Origin: Bispira polyomma
Lineage: Eukaryota
Length of the DNA: 64,000 bases
Direction: 5' to 3'
Assembly (NCBI GenBank): GCA_965649765.1
Contig: OZ287752.1
Coordinates: 46,996,001 to 47,060,000, forward strand
Below the pieces are notes generated by a model. The model had not been told where the DNA came from. It made no database searches and worked only from the letters and a program-made list of their open reading frames with translations. Made by a program: the position numbers and the translations under genes. Of the stretch, positions 31,670-45,089 are shown one piece after another (within the stretch, counting starts at the first letter, position 1; every line of letters begins with the position of its first letter).

Positions 31670-32565
31670 GATCACTAAAATTAAGCTTTTAAAACATTAA
31701 AATGGGTAGTAAACGCCCAATTGTAAAAAGCAGTGTTACTGTGACAAGTTCAACTTCAATGATGGCGCTGGTTAGGCGCCAAAGCCTTTTATATGTGCCC
31801 TCGTGACCCCAGGTGGCCTAATTGGCCCCCACTGGCCTGTTACCAGAACTGAGGGGGCTGACACCGTCGTGTCAGCCCACCATAAAGGGGGCCTAACTCA
31901 ACAAAGCTCTACTTGTGGGAGTTTCCTCATATTTATAAAGGGAGAGCGAACTTGTCATAATTACATTTTTTAATTCTTTGTTTGTGGGCCAAGTATTTTC
32001 TTCTGGGGTGTATGTTAGGCAAATTTCTACTTGGGGATTTATAAGTTTAAAAGTTAACAACTTATGTCTGTGTGTTATTTGTGGGGACAGTATGCTTCTA
32101 GCTTTTTTTTAAAGTGCCACAAAATATATGTTTTCAAAACCAGTTGAACACAATATAAACATTTATGTTATTAGACTGAGCAATAAGCTCACCAGTACAA
32201 ACACACAAAGCACAACATTAATATTCAATCTGAAACAGTTAAAAAACTTTAACATTTGAAATGACTCCTCTTTTTCTTTGAAAATCGAATTAATAGTTAT
32301 GCTGAAAAATTTATTGGAATATGCAAACAATGCACACATATATTAAAAATGAAAATAATTTTGTTTCACTCAGCTTTGTTGAGAATCTGTGTAAACCCAG
32401 TGGGAATGACAAATACAACCATGGTCAGATCAGGAAATAATATTGCTGACCTGTTAGAAAAATATCCATATGTGTATTGGACCTCCGTTTAAGTCACCAG
32501 AGCTGGAACTAGAAATGAGTCCACCAGAAATGAAACTAGAACTGGAGGCAGAACTGGAACCACCA

Positions 32566-32718
32566 GGGGCCATATTTACAAACATTCTAAAAATAAAATT
32601 CTTAGAAATCTCTTAGCCTCAGTCAATCAGATTTTTTTAAACAATATTTACAGCTAATATAATCAAATCAAAAGTCGAGACAAAATTTTAAAAATAAGAT
32701 TCTTTGTCAATACCAGCT
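32566..32718. mobile_element. Short MITE
   Basis: GGGGCCATATTTACAAACATTCTAAAAATAAAATT at the left and AATTTTAAAAATAAGATTCTTTGTCAATACCAGC at the right form degenerate TIRs. It interrupts a GGAACTAGAA low-complexity tract. Confidence 0.45.
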
Positions 32719-33665
32719 CAGATATGGAACTAGAACTGGAGGCTGTACTCCAACTACCAGATATGGAACTAAAATCGTTACCAAAACTGATGCATTCAGT
32801 CCGATGTGATTGGGGATTGGGATTGTTTTTTTTCGAGTAGCTGCACCTGTTAAACTGCAGCATTACTATTGAGTTTAAAATCGCTGAATCAAATTCCGAA
32901 TGCATTGATCTTAAAAACAATTTTATTTACATCTAAGCCACTAACAATAACACTTAGCCTTACAATGCCTATATAGAATTCCTTCTAAGATTTGATACAG
33001 AGTTCAAGACAAGTCGCTGCATCGATGTGGTACAACAAAAATAACAACTGTTCCCTTGATGAGAAAAACAAAGGATCAAAAAAAGGAACTAGCTCGAGAG
33101 AGTCACTAGCCCAGTTTGCAAATTTTTCAAGGTGAAATTCCAAAGTGTCAAAATGGTGGTCAGAAAAGTACATGTCAGTTCTGTCATCCAGCCAAGGCTC
33201 TGGAATTGAGAACTACCAAATATCACCAGAGGAAAAGACAAAATATGAGAAGTCACACTGAGCTAAATTTGTATTTGGGTTAAATTCCTGAACACATTGT
33301 TTTGGGTTTTGTAAATAGCCGTGGCATTAATGGGCTGTGCAAGATAAATGTATTTCTGTTTAAATATTTTGATGTGGAACATTGCATTTAGTGCAGATGT
33401 AACACCTTTTCCGTGCAAGCCACTTCAACCGATTCGACACAGAAGACTACAAGAATTGCTATAGGACTCTATTTTCTGGAACATTATATTGACTGGGAAT
33501 AATAAAAAAGGGGTACATATTGATATGCTTTGATTACACATACGATTTAGAAGAGAGATAAACTGGCACACTTGTTCTAGAGGAGCACTATAGGGAAGCG
33601 TTAACAGAAACTAGTAATATTATTGTGTAGGGAGACTTTTAAAAACCCCATTTAAATTGACTGTT

Positions 33666-34175
33666 ATGCCCTGGTCCCACCGAATGTACGTTAGGTTAGG
33701 TTAGTCACGCAAGGGCTGTGTAAATACTTGATGTAAAACATCATGCAAAACTCGAAATTAACAATTTTCTCCACGTTAAAGGCGTCAACAGACGTTGAAA
33801 TTCATGTATTAGTACGTCAAGAGCTGTAAAGTCTCACAAGGGATGCATAAGCTCATGTCAAAGTACATATTTGAACCTGTATGACATGTATGAGTACGCC
33901 AATACACATTGAAGGCCATCATTGTTTACGTTAAGGTACGTATGATTACTTCCTTCACACATTGTGATGCATATAGCTGTCATACTACACCACCTCTCGC
34001 AAAGCTATCGCAAAAATTATGTTAAACCACGTATCAATCTTACGTGGTTTGCCTGTCCAAATTTAAAATGGTTTGAAATTATTAATTTCTTGCGCGTCAT
34101 CTCTTATGCCAGGTTATGCATGCTTATGTTTTGCATGCCAACTTCTGCAAATACCACACAAAACCTACGCAAATT
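33666..34175. mobile_element. Probable end of a non-autonomous DNA transposon (Harbinger-like)
   Basis: Starts GCCCTGGTCCCACCG, similar in style to the GCCCTGTTCCACT TIRs, and is followed by an ACGT/TACG-rich subterminal-type region. No second TIR seen. Confidence 0.35.
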
Positions 34176-34589
34176 AATTTTCTAATGACAGCAATGTGAT
34201 AGGTACCAGACATTATCAATCAAGTACCAGACATCATCAAACAGGAGTAGAGGCACCTCCACTTCTGTAACTCCTGCGGGTGCTGCTCCAGTTGCTGAAC
34301 TTGTTGCTTTGGGAAGCAGTTTGTGGATGTGTCACCTCTCTCTGTGGGGACTATCTTGCCGGTGTTATATGAGAGTCTGGTGGATGTGTACCTATCAGAC
34401 ATGCCAACACCCCACCTGGATGCCCTTGTCCCAGCAAGGGGAGGTAGACTTGCTGAAGTGACCTTCACAATGTCATTAAAGTTTTAGTTTTGTGACATTC
34501 ACATTCAAGTATAAGTTTTGTTTTGTTTTGATTTATAAATTACTGAAAAAAAGTTACAATTTACAGAATAAACATTCGTTCTTCAGTTA

Positions 34590-34760
34590 CAATGGTGTTG
34601 TCTACCTTCCAATTACCTGAAAATAAATTTACCACCCCTGAACTCATGAACTATTAAGGCTTAAACTTGGCTTTAAAGAAGATCAAGCTCTGTTATCTTG
34701 GATTGGTTCCCCTTGGTAATGTCTTGGAATCCACCGCTTCTTGGAATCTCACTTTTAACC
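34590..34760. repeat. Dispersed repeat, copy 2 (see 272-475)
   Basis: Colinear match to 272-475. Confidence 0.7.
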
Positions 34761-35094
34761 ACAAATAAAAAATAAAAGAAAATATTAAAAATTAATTAAT
34801 TATTAAATAAAAATTGTTGGAAGTGTCAGGTCCCAAAAGATAATAAATACTAAACTTAAAAACTTTTTTATTGGTATGAAACTTATTACACAGTAAACAT
34901 AATTTGGTTGACACACAAATAAACAAAATACTAACCTTAACAACTTCATAAGTAGAAAACTAGTGTAAACCTCATACGACAAATATCTTGACCAAAAGTA
35001 CTTTAAACCAAACATAACAATCTTTGAATAATTGTTTTGTGATGAAAATGCAGATTATTTCATATAGCCCTAAAAAGGGATGGCAGCATACATC

Positions 35095-35642
35095 ATATGA
35101 TGTGATTCTGTCAAGGCATTGAACCCACGGCTGAATTGACATAGGCCTTCAGGTAATCTTTCTGTAATTTGGCTGCCTCTGTAGGTCAGACTGGGACTTG
35201 TTGGCCCATGTCAGATAATACCATCCCTTGCCTCCAAGCCCCCAGAACCACAACATAGTTCCCATCGTCTTCTTCATCTAGTTGCCCTTCTGCATGGATG
35301 CCTGGGTAGCAGGTCTGTATGAGGTTGTGCAGGGTACAGCAGGCCAGGACCATGGTGGTTACCGTCTTTGTGTCCCGCCTCATCGTTGTCAGTTGACAGC
35401 CAAATCTATGGGCCAATATGCCAAAAGCGTTTTCTACGGTATTTGATAATTAAAGATCAGTTGTTCATCTGCGAGATTCTAGCGTGAGTGTGGTTTCATG
35501 CATCACTTTCTGAGCACACAGGCATCGTCTCCTCTGATCAAATATGGCATTAGCTTCATCAGCTGTGAAGGTGATACTCACATCTTCAATGGCGGCTTTC
35601 AGCTGGCAAACATTAAAGATCTGGCATCGGAGCAGCTTGTCC
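35095..35642 (-). mobile_element. PIF/Harbinger transposase C-terminal pseudogene
   Basis: SCSDAR, PYLIRGDDA, VENAFGILAHRFGC, VLACCTLHNLI, GAWR and AAKLQKDYLKAY motifs. Confidence 0.88.
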
Positions 35643-37621
35643 TCAAATTACCCCCGGGGGATATAACAGGATTATATATAGTCCACAAATAATAGTCACC
35701 CAAAACTAAATAATCCCCCCCCCCCCCGGGATTATTTGGAGAGAATGCCAAAATGTGTCCTATCTGCTCAAAAACACTTTTAAGATCTGATACTTTGACA
35801 GACATAAAGAACATGTTCATTCCAAAGGGCAGACAACACTACCATTAGTGTCACCACCACAGGAAAAGCAGTTTACATCAACAGAAACGTATCTAAAACC
35901 TAGAGCAGACCCAGATGGTTACATAGTGGTAGCTCTGCCAAAAATGATACATCCATTTACACATTTGGTGGCCACCCAACGGGAAGTGACAAGACCACAT
36001 TTAAAAGTTACTGGAACTCAAAGATAAAAATATATACCAGACTCTATCAAAGGATAGATAATGTTATGTTAATGGTTTACTTCTATGGTTCTATGGTACT
36101 CTCATCTCTGTGTCACTTTGAATAAATATAGTCCAATAGGAGTAAAGGTAAGTTCAGTCATAACCAGCAGATAATGTTTAGGCAGAAAAGGTAGTGGATA
36201 CAGATGTGTTTTGAGTTTTTTGGAAGGTTTAAATGATTTAAAACATGGAAGTTTTTGAGGTAAGCAGTCAGAGGTGAAAAGACGATTTTCTTTGGAGATA
36301 TAACATTGGTTAACTAATGTCTAAAAGTACCCATAAATATTACCACAATCTTTGTCACATTTCATAACACTTTCACATGGCTTATATGGACGCATTGTTG
36401 TCCTATATTAATTCCTAATTAAAATGCATGCTTAGAGTTTGGGGCAAATACACAAGTATTGAGCACGATAGGTGAATTAGCAGTATGCACTACCCACCTA
36501 AAGCCCTTCAAATACATACTGCCACAGTATTGGGGTCTCTGTGTGGAATGTTAGATTATAAGATGGGAAGCCATTCAAATCATCTATTTACATCATATCA
36601 CCGTATTCAGAATGACTTATTAAAATGTGTTGTTAAATATGCAGTGTTAAAAAGCTGTGTAGTTTATGGGCCACAAAGACTGGACGTCATAGCTCTCTCA
36701 TTTTCACCAAGGTGTGTCTGACGGTTGGGTGTGTGTACCCGGTTGGTGCTAATTGTGATCAGAACAGTAGCTCTTGTAGCCAAGATCTTAATAGACAATG
36801 AACACCATTCATTACCTGAAAACACCAGATAATAGCTGATAATATTCCACATTAAGCCGTTTGATGACTAGGTTTTATACTACAAAAGCTGCTGGAGAAG
36901 CTTTTAGGGTTGTTTTCAAGCCACATGATTTCACCGTGTGCAATTACATAGATGCCATTTGCTGTCATACAAAGTGGTCAAGCAGTAGCTACTTCTGCGT
37001 GTTTATACAATCCCTGTATTAAATATTTGTTATTCCGTTATTAAGCTTTCGGAGCCTTACTCCTGACTCATCAGAAAAAACCTATACAATGCATAGACGT
37101 TTCTGTCAATTTCCAAGAAGGACAAGACGTGCATGTGTACTGAGCTGAATATAGACGAGGACACCAAATTAAAAGAATTTTTTGAAATATGTAAATAATT
37201 TTGTACAAAGGGGGGCTTTTAAAACGAAAGTGATTGAACACTAGTCAAATAGTACAACCTGCTGGGGACAGTTTCTGAATCCTCAGCATTGGTTGTTGTA
37301 AGTTTATTAGACTTAATCTCCAATTTAAAAGAGATACACAGTGGTTTAACGAGTTTTTACGTGTGTTTAATGGCTTAGTTGTCAATGTCTTATCAGTAGC
37401 TGACTTGCTCCCCATTGTTGACTTTAAAATTAACTTTCCCAAAGAGCTTGGAAGACATAAGTTGCAGTTATAGAAAACCTTTTATCAATTTTCTAGTATC
37501 ATCCCTTCAGGATTCAAATGTATCCTTTTTTAGGTCAGAGTAATATCTGGTCTCATTTTTTGTTGGTCCACCGTGAACACAAAGGAATCGATAAAAATGT
37601 TTATTGTCCAACAATAATCTG

Positions 37622-38057
37622 AATGCTTGCTGATGTGCGTTCAAACAATAACAGAGGTATACAGATGCTTGCTGATGTGTGATCAAACAGTAACAAAAGA
37701 AAACGGATGTGTGATGATGTCTGATCAAACAGTAACAGAGGTATACAGATGCTTGCTGATGTGTGATCAGACAGTAACAAAAGTATACGGATGTGTGATG
37801 ATGTGTGATCAAACAGTAACAGAGGTATACAGATGCTTGCTGATGTGTGATCAGACAGTAACAAAAGTATACAGATGCTTGCTGATGTGTGATCAAACAA
37901 TAACAGAGGTATACAGATGCTTGCTGATGTGTGATCAAATAGTAACAAAAGTATACGGATGTGTGATCAAACAGTAACAGACGTATACAGATGCTTGCTG
38001 ATGTATGATCAAACAGTAACAAAAGTATACGGATGTGTGATGATGTGTGATCAAACG
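37622..38057. repeat. 42-bp minisatellite (GATGTGTGATCAAACAGTAACAGAGGTATACAGATGCTTGCT), ~10 copies
   Basis: 14-aa periodicity in the spurious ORFs on both strands; two alternating variants. Confidence 0.95.
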
Positions 38058-41000
38058 GTGTGCTCAAATATCGCTCGAAATTCAAGGAAATTTAACAAAT
38101 ATGAGCAAAAGGAAATAATGTTGAGTCAATTCACTGGTAATTTGTGGAGGTCGTTCCATTGCATATAAATCTGACTCGTTTCCAGATACATTAAGGTACT
38201 TCTAATGAATTTTAACCACAAGCTAGAAACTAAAGTCACTGGGTTAATATAGATTAATAAGTGGACAGCATTTCGCCATTTTGAAACAATAGTGAATATT
38301 TAGATTAAAATATTACCTATAACTTATATTAACAATAATAATTATATTATGAAATTGTTTATGTACACGATACATAATATGAGAAACAGAAAATAAACCC
38401 CAATACAGCCCAATAGCCGATCATTAGTACTGTCTAATCATCAACCTCAAATTTGTGCAGTACCACTGTTTATTTTGCTGTGTTGGTACTTTAAATTCAT
38501 TTAAAATTTATTTAGGCAGACAGTATTCTATATATTTGTTGTGTAGGAATGTGTATGTTATATGAATATTATAATGCGAAAATAATTCCTTTAAAATGAA
38601 TATTATACAGTGAAAAATTACTGTACATAAATACTTTCGAATGGACTGTAAATTATTTATGTGAGACTTTTTTACCACAAACAGAAGGGAACTGCAGTAG
38701 TCTAGGTAAAATACCAGTGTGAAGTAGATGAAGGAACACTACTTGTTTGTATGTTTAGTCTAACTTTGTGCTTCTAGGTTTTCTACAGCTGGTGCAAATG
38801 TGAACTGTTCCGTGAGGCTTCTTTAAACTTCCAGCTCTGTTTACAACATGCTAGGGCCAATATTTACACCGGAGGTCTCCAGCTGATTGAATTTTCGTGC
38901 AAGCTCACAAATTAGGAGAAGACATATTCCTTGACTTGACATTTGGGACAACAATACAATTAGTAGATACCAGCTGGTTCTCATTATAGAAATAAATGTC
39001 GCACATTAAGAACATAATAAAGTGAGACAACCCTTAAACCAAATATTTTATATTTAAACAAGGCATGTGAAGTCATTAAATCAGAATACTGGTCTTGAAC
39101 TTAAAACAGATGCATGGGACTTAATTGGAACTTCAACATTTGTAGTAATATTAATGCATTCTGTATGTTGACACTAAGCTGTACATGCATGGGAAACTAC
39201 TCTTTAGTAACATTTCTACGATTATTAGTTGATGTAGCTATTAAGTGGTTGAAATAGTAATAATAAGCGTGTTTGAAGTAAAGAGCAAGACTTCATTGTA
39301 ATAAGGGTGTGGTATATCGTATTTTCATCCTCTTTCTTTTCTATTATATTTTCACATACGAGAACAGTAGATGGGTCTTACTAAGTGTTAATTGTATACA
39401 CGTAAACAGGAAGCACATATTATTTGAATAAGGTGTAAGTGCTATTTGCGTCTTCTATGTTGATGCTTCTTAACTGCACTACATGGATTGGTTCCCTGAT
39501 TGTGAGTATGCTCTACATTTGGATATGTAAATATAACAGAAGCTGCCAGTACGGAATTAACATAATTTGCAAATATATAAATGGACCAGATCACAGTTAA
39601 CACATATAACTTTTACCGAAGAGAACAAACATACTTTACCTGTACTGATGTCAGAATATAGTTTACAAAAAATTGGAGTATGGCTAAATGTATGTAGCAA
39701 ATAGTTATGAAGCTATACCTACACTAAGTCCATATGTGGATACAATAGGGGGAATCTGGGGTCATGACCCACCCACTCCTCCTTAAATCATATTTATGTC
39801 AAAGATGAGTTTAACAACCAACTTGTGACATCTCTGTTCACAAGATATGGAGACAAGCTTGTAATTATACCTCTATATCCCGAGTAGTTGTAGTAATTAT
39901 GACAGAGAGCCCAAAAGATTCCGTGACAGATGATATAACTAAACCTACAGCCCTAAAGCTTTTAAAGTACCTCGAAGTTGTACCTAATACACAACCTTCT
40001 GGAAAGGGTTTCAGTGCCCACAAGTAGAGTTGACATATAATTACATGCCACATAGATGTGTACATGTAATACATGCCACATAGATCTATACATGTATTAC
40101 ATGCCACATAAATGTCATACCCATGGAATGTATCAATGCATTAGTAGTGTATATGTCCTAATTTAATATTCTATAAATAGCTCTAGATTCAAAGAAGCTA
40201 TCAGTTGTTGCGTGAACTTTAACTTTAAACTGTGATGAGGGGAGGTTTGTGCTGGGTAAAAGCCCAGACATGCGCTAGTGATGGATGGTGGGGATGGCTA
40301 AGTCACTTATCTCTCTCTCTGTGGTACTCACAAACCAAGCCAACTTTAGGGGTGCAGTGTTTAAATAGCCCTAGGCCTTTAAGAAGGGCGTGAGTTAAAT
40401 AGAGCCTTATTGATTATCAAACAGCAATGTTAAGACTTGCCGAGAAGCTAGCCTGTGGTTAATACTGTACTAATGTTTGCTACAACTTACAACAGCATGT
40501 TACCATTGGTCATTGTTATACTCACCACCATGTAATATCAAGGAGTATTAGTATTTCATATTTGTCATCTGAATCCTAACACACTCCCAACACTCTCCCA
40601 ACACACTGTAGCTACATTTAGGAGATTTGAACATTCAGTGGCTGATTAGGTTTAAACATTCAACTAAATTTCAACCAAAATAAGCTTAACATTTAAATAA
40701 TGTTATCATATTCAAAGATGTGTTTGGTTAAAATATTTTAATATTGTATCATTCTAGCTGTAAAATTAACTAAATAATTAAAAATATAAGTAGCCACAGC
40801 TGTAAAACTGTACACTGGAGAGGTAAGGGTTTACTGATATTTATCTATTTTTTTGCAATTTGAGGTTTTGTATAAGCTACCACTGATATAAATTTATTTC
40901 GTATTCGTAAACACAACTAAAAGTAGATAGAAATTAGAGAGCTAATTTACATCAAATAAATATGGCTAATTATACACATAAGTATAATTGTACACAGACG

Positions 41001-44000
41001 ATTGTGTTTACTAATTATATCCCATACAGCTTAAAATATACATTTTGCTGTGAAAAACACTAAACATCATATGGCTTCCTTGCCAAGAGTCCTAGGGAGT
41101 CGTTACTGCAAGGTGTCCATCTTTATGGCTCAAACTATTTAGCTCATGTAAGATGTGTAAGACAATTGATGTGGTATTTATGTGAAGAAGTGTAACACGT
41201 CCTGGCGTAATTATATTCTAATTTATTATCAAGCTGGCTCCCAAGAACTGACCTGCATTGCGCCTAGGCCCTATCCCCGAAATTTTACCCCAACACAATA
41301 TGGGTTTTTATGGGGATTCTATTTTACATTTGCAAACAAAAGTAAAATAAGATTGAACAGTATTTGATGTAGAAACAACAGAAACCAGGGAAAGATGATT
41401 TTCCTCGCCGTTTCTAATGTATATTTGTACTTGGGAACCTGTTGTTAGCTGACACACAACAGCTGGAGACTGGCAGCAAGTACCATCAAACACCATCAAA
41501 CCATTGCTAAGGTGAGATCCCTGGCTGAAACCAGACAGACTGATCCGCTCATCTACAGATGGTGCTATCCTCTGTGAGAAAAGCTACACCAGGACACCCC
41601 TCATCTGTATTGGTAGCCAAGGAGTTCAGGAATCTGAGTCACTGCCAAATAGTCCATAACAGACCAGGGAACTAAGGCACAGATCTGTGATAGATGCAGT
41701 CCAGTCAGAACCAGAAAAGCCACTTTGTGGCTGCTGAGGCCAACTGGGCTACAAATAACGAATCTGGACATATGTATATAATGCATATCAACTCTTATAT
41801 GTCATAATTGAATAATGTCAAGTTTAAGTGTGTACGAACAAACTGAGGGTGGTTATTCATTACTTTAAACAAGATAACTCAGAAAGCACTAGCAAACTGC
41901 TATCTGGAGAATAGGTCTATCAGGATACTCAAGCACACCTCTTGTGTAGATGGGTGAATTAAGTTCTTCTGACTGAAACAGAAGGCTAAATAATTGAAAC
42001 AATAAAGAGAAAGAGAAATTAAAATCCTACAGGAGGTGGAAAATAGATTAAGATTGTTGTATCTAAGCTGACAGCTAATACTTAGCAGTGCACATGTTGC
42101 TGGTGATAACATGTCTCCTCCAAACATAAGATGATTGATAATAATGATTCCACTAAGGACTAGTGTTGATGGCACTTTCTAGCACTGAGTTTCAATTTTG
42201 TGGTTTTAATAGGGATACAAAACAAATCTCCTCTGATCTCTTGTGACCTTGAGGTCAAATTATATTTGCCCTCAACTACACCTCTGGACCTTCTGTAACT
42301 TTCAGGTCAAATTTGACGAGGAAAATGACTACCCAATTCCCCTATGATGTACACGCATACACCCATCTTGTAGACTTAAGGCATGTCTGTTCAACAAAGC
42401 ATTTTTGCACTTTATAACTTCTGGTATGGTATTAAGCGCTTTCAAAGAGAAATACAGACAGATAGATAGATTTTTGTGTAGAAAACTTGTGACTAGTTTT
42501 TATTTAATTTATTTTATATTTTCCAGAATATACAATAATAAACAGTATTAGTTGTCTGAAACGGAATAATATTTACACATTATGAAAACTTTTGACAATA
42601 TTCTTACATAACGAAAGGGGAAGGATAAAAATGGACTGATACTGAGGATCTGGAGAATGATGTCAAACACGGCTTTATTGTTTTGCACTGGCTTTTGCAG
42701 GTAGGAACAAAGAATAGAGTGGAGTTCTGTGAAGTTGGAGTGAGCAGCTTAATGATGTGTTGTTTATTAGTCCACACATGTAGGATAAAGATAACTGGGT
42801 GAATGGTAGAAAGAAGGAAACCTGTATTAAAAGCATTTCATTAGGAAGATCTGACTGACTGTAAGAGCAATCACTTGTGGCACTGGTGCCAATATTTACT
42901 CCTTTACGACACCATAATCAGGCTTATCCTTCATTAAATGCACCTTTTATTATCCTACTTAGGGGTTTATTACCATTATTTCTAGTTGGGATGACTAGGA
43001 AATGGTATATTTCTTTCAGGTAAATACAGGCTAGAGGCAGATGGAATTACTGCCTTCAAAGATAATGAACGGGATATGTTTCACACAAAACTACACACTA
43101 ATCAGTCAGTAGTTTTTTAAGAAACATATACATTGTATATAATCAAGTCCAGACCAAGCTAGAGTGCTTTATATTTGATCTGTTTTTACAATTTATTACC
43201 ACTGTAAAAGCCTCACTTGAGAGTTTAAGTGGTAAATGTTCAACACTGACATAACACACAGACATGAGATGTTTACAATTAGACTTCTGATCGCAAATGT
43301 TTAGAGGTTGTATTATTTGTACATATGCAGCACATAAATAGACATTGGTGTTTTACTGGAGTCACAAGACAGGTAGTTTGCTGAGATATAATGTCCCTGG
43401 ACATACAAGTAAAGCAGTCATATGGATTAGTATGTAAACATTTGTAAAGTGTTTAATAGCTGGATTAAAGTTAATTGTTGGGTAATTAACCTTATAAGGC
43501 GATGGTATCAATGGCTAAGAGAAAACGTTTCTTGCTTACAAATCGCATGCCACAGAATATAGCACACACCTAGGATTTGTAATGTTGGGTACCAGGCAAT
43601 TAATACCATGTTGTTGCTTGTGGTTTATCTAAAAGAGTTAAGGCTTCAGTAAACAAGGTCTAAGAAAACCTCTTTATGAAAACCACACATCATTAAACAT
43701 GAGCATCCTGGTGTAACATATGTTGTATCCTACCCATTATACAAAGGTTTAGGTTTCCCGAGATGAGAAATGCTTGCTTTTACATGCGTCAAGTTAGCTC
43801 TACTTTTCAAAACTACATTATGATCTCGATCAGTTCAGTGGAAAATGGAAATAGATGTGCTTATCTGCGGACATGATATTGTTAGAGCAATATAGAAAAG
43901 CTTTGGTGATTTTCATTATTGTAAAACAAATCTTTGAGTGATGCACTACTTTCAATCATGTTTACCCATTTTACTCCAATTACAACTAATCTTCTAAATG

Positions 44001-44057
44001 TCTTTTAGAACAATAGTAAATTAAACACCTCATTTTAAACAAATCCCTTCTGTGCCC

Positions 44058-44785
44058 AATGGTCATTTCGTTTGATGCCTATGATGTTAAGGTTTCTTTC
44101 TGACCGCCGAATGGTCATTTGTTTGATGCCTATGATGTTAAGGTATCTTACTGACCACCCATTGGTCATATTTTTTTATGCCTATGATGTTAAGGTGTCT
44201 TCCTGACCACCCATTGGTCATATTTTTTTATGCCTATGATGTTAAGGTGTCTTCCTGACCACCCAGTGGTCATGTCTTTTGGTGCCTATGATGTTAAGGT
44301 GTCTTCCTGACCACCCAGTGGTCATGTCTTTTAATGCCTATGATGTTAAGGTATTTTGCTGACCGCTAAATGGTCATATCGTTTGATGCCTATGATGTTG
44401 TGGTATCTTCCTGACCGCTAAATGGTCATATCGTTTGATGCCTATGATGTTGTGGTATCTTCCTGACCGCTAAATGGTCATATCGTTTGATGCCTATGAT
44501 GTTGTGGTATCTTCCTGACCACCCAATAGTCATGTCGTTTGATGTCTATGATGTTAAGGTGTCTTCCTGACCGCCCAGTGGTCATGTCTTTTGATGCCTA
44601 TGATGTTAAGGTATCTTCCTGACCGCTAAATGGTCATATCGTTTGATGCCTATGATGTTGTTGTATCTTTCTGACCGCTCTATGGTCATATCGTTTTACG
44701 CCTATGATGTTGAGGTATCTTCCTGACTGCTCCATGGTCATATCATTTGATGCCTATGATGTTGAGGTATCTTCCTGTCTGCCGA
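44058..44785. repeat. 52-bp minisatellite (GGTCATATCGTTTGATGCCTATGATGTTAAGGTATCTTCCTGACCGCTAAAT), ~14 copies
   Basis: Period of 52 measured between 44372 and 44424. Confidence 0.95.
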
Positions 44786-45089
44786 GGATCACCTTACTCA
44801 CCATAACAAGAATCCAAACAAATGAAAGCACTTTTTGGCTCTTTCTGCACAGTAACGCAGGTAAAAGCATTATTAACGCAAAATACATGCCATTTATGTT
44901 TGTATGATGAACAAATGGTACAACAAATATTACCTTTTCTGTAAGTATTATATATGATTCCAAGCAATTCTTTTGGCATCCAATTGTGCATAATTTTGAA
45001 CAAAGAAATCAGTTCAATCTAGGCTTCCCAACTGAAACATTTTTTGCACAATTAATTGACCCCGTATTTGATTCTCAGCATCAGAGTAC

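Larger units (their letters stand above)
26420..32155 (-). mobile_element. Ngaro/DIRS-type tyrosine-recombinase retrotransposon, near full length, inactivated
   Basis: Order is gag - RT/RNaseH - YR. No methyltransferase domain and an IIDLSWP RT motif, both Ngaro-like. A 48-bp direct repeat (31881 vs 26645 and 26692) and degenerate inverted repeats (26470-26495 vs 32074-32099) are present. The outer limits are uncertain. Confidence 0.88.

Noticed and set aside
32940-33660. Possible LINE fragments (RLWN..LP, IIV*GDF)
   Set aside because: Motifs too short and degraded to support a call by eye.
37507-38168. Overlapping 69-192 aa ORFs on both strands
   Set aside because: Translations of the 42-bp minisatellite.
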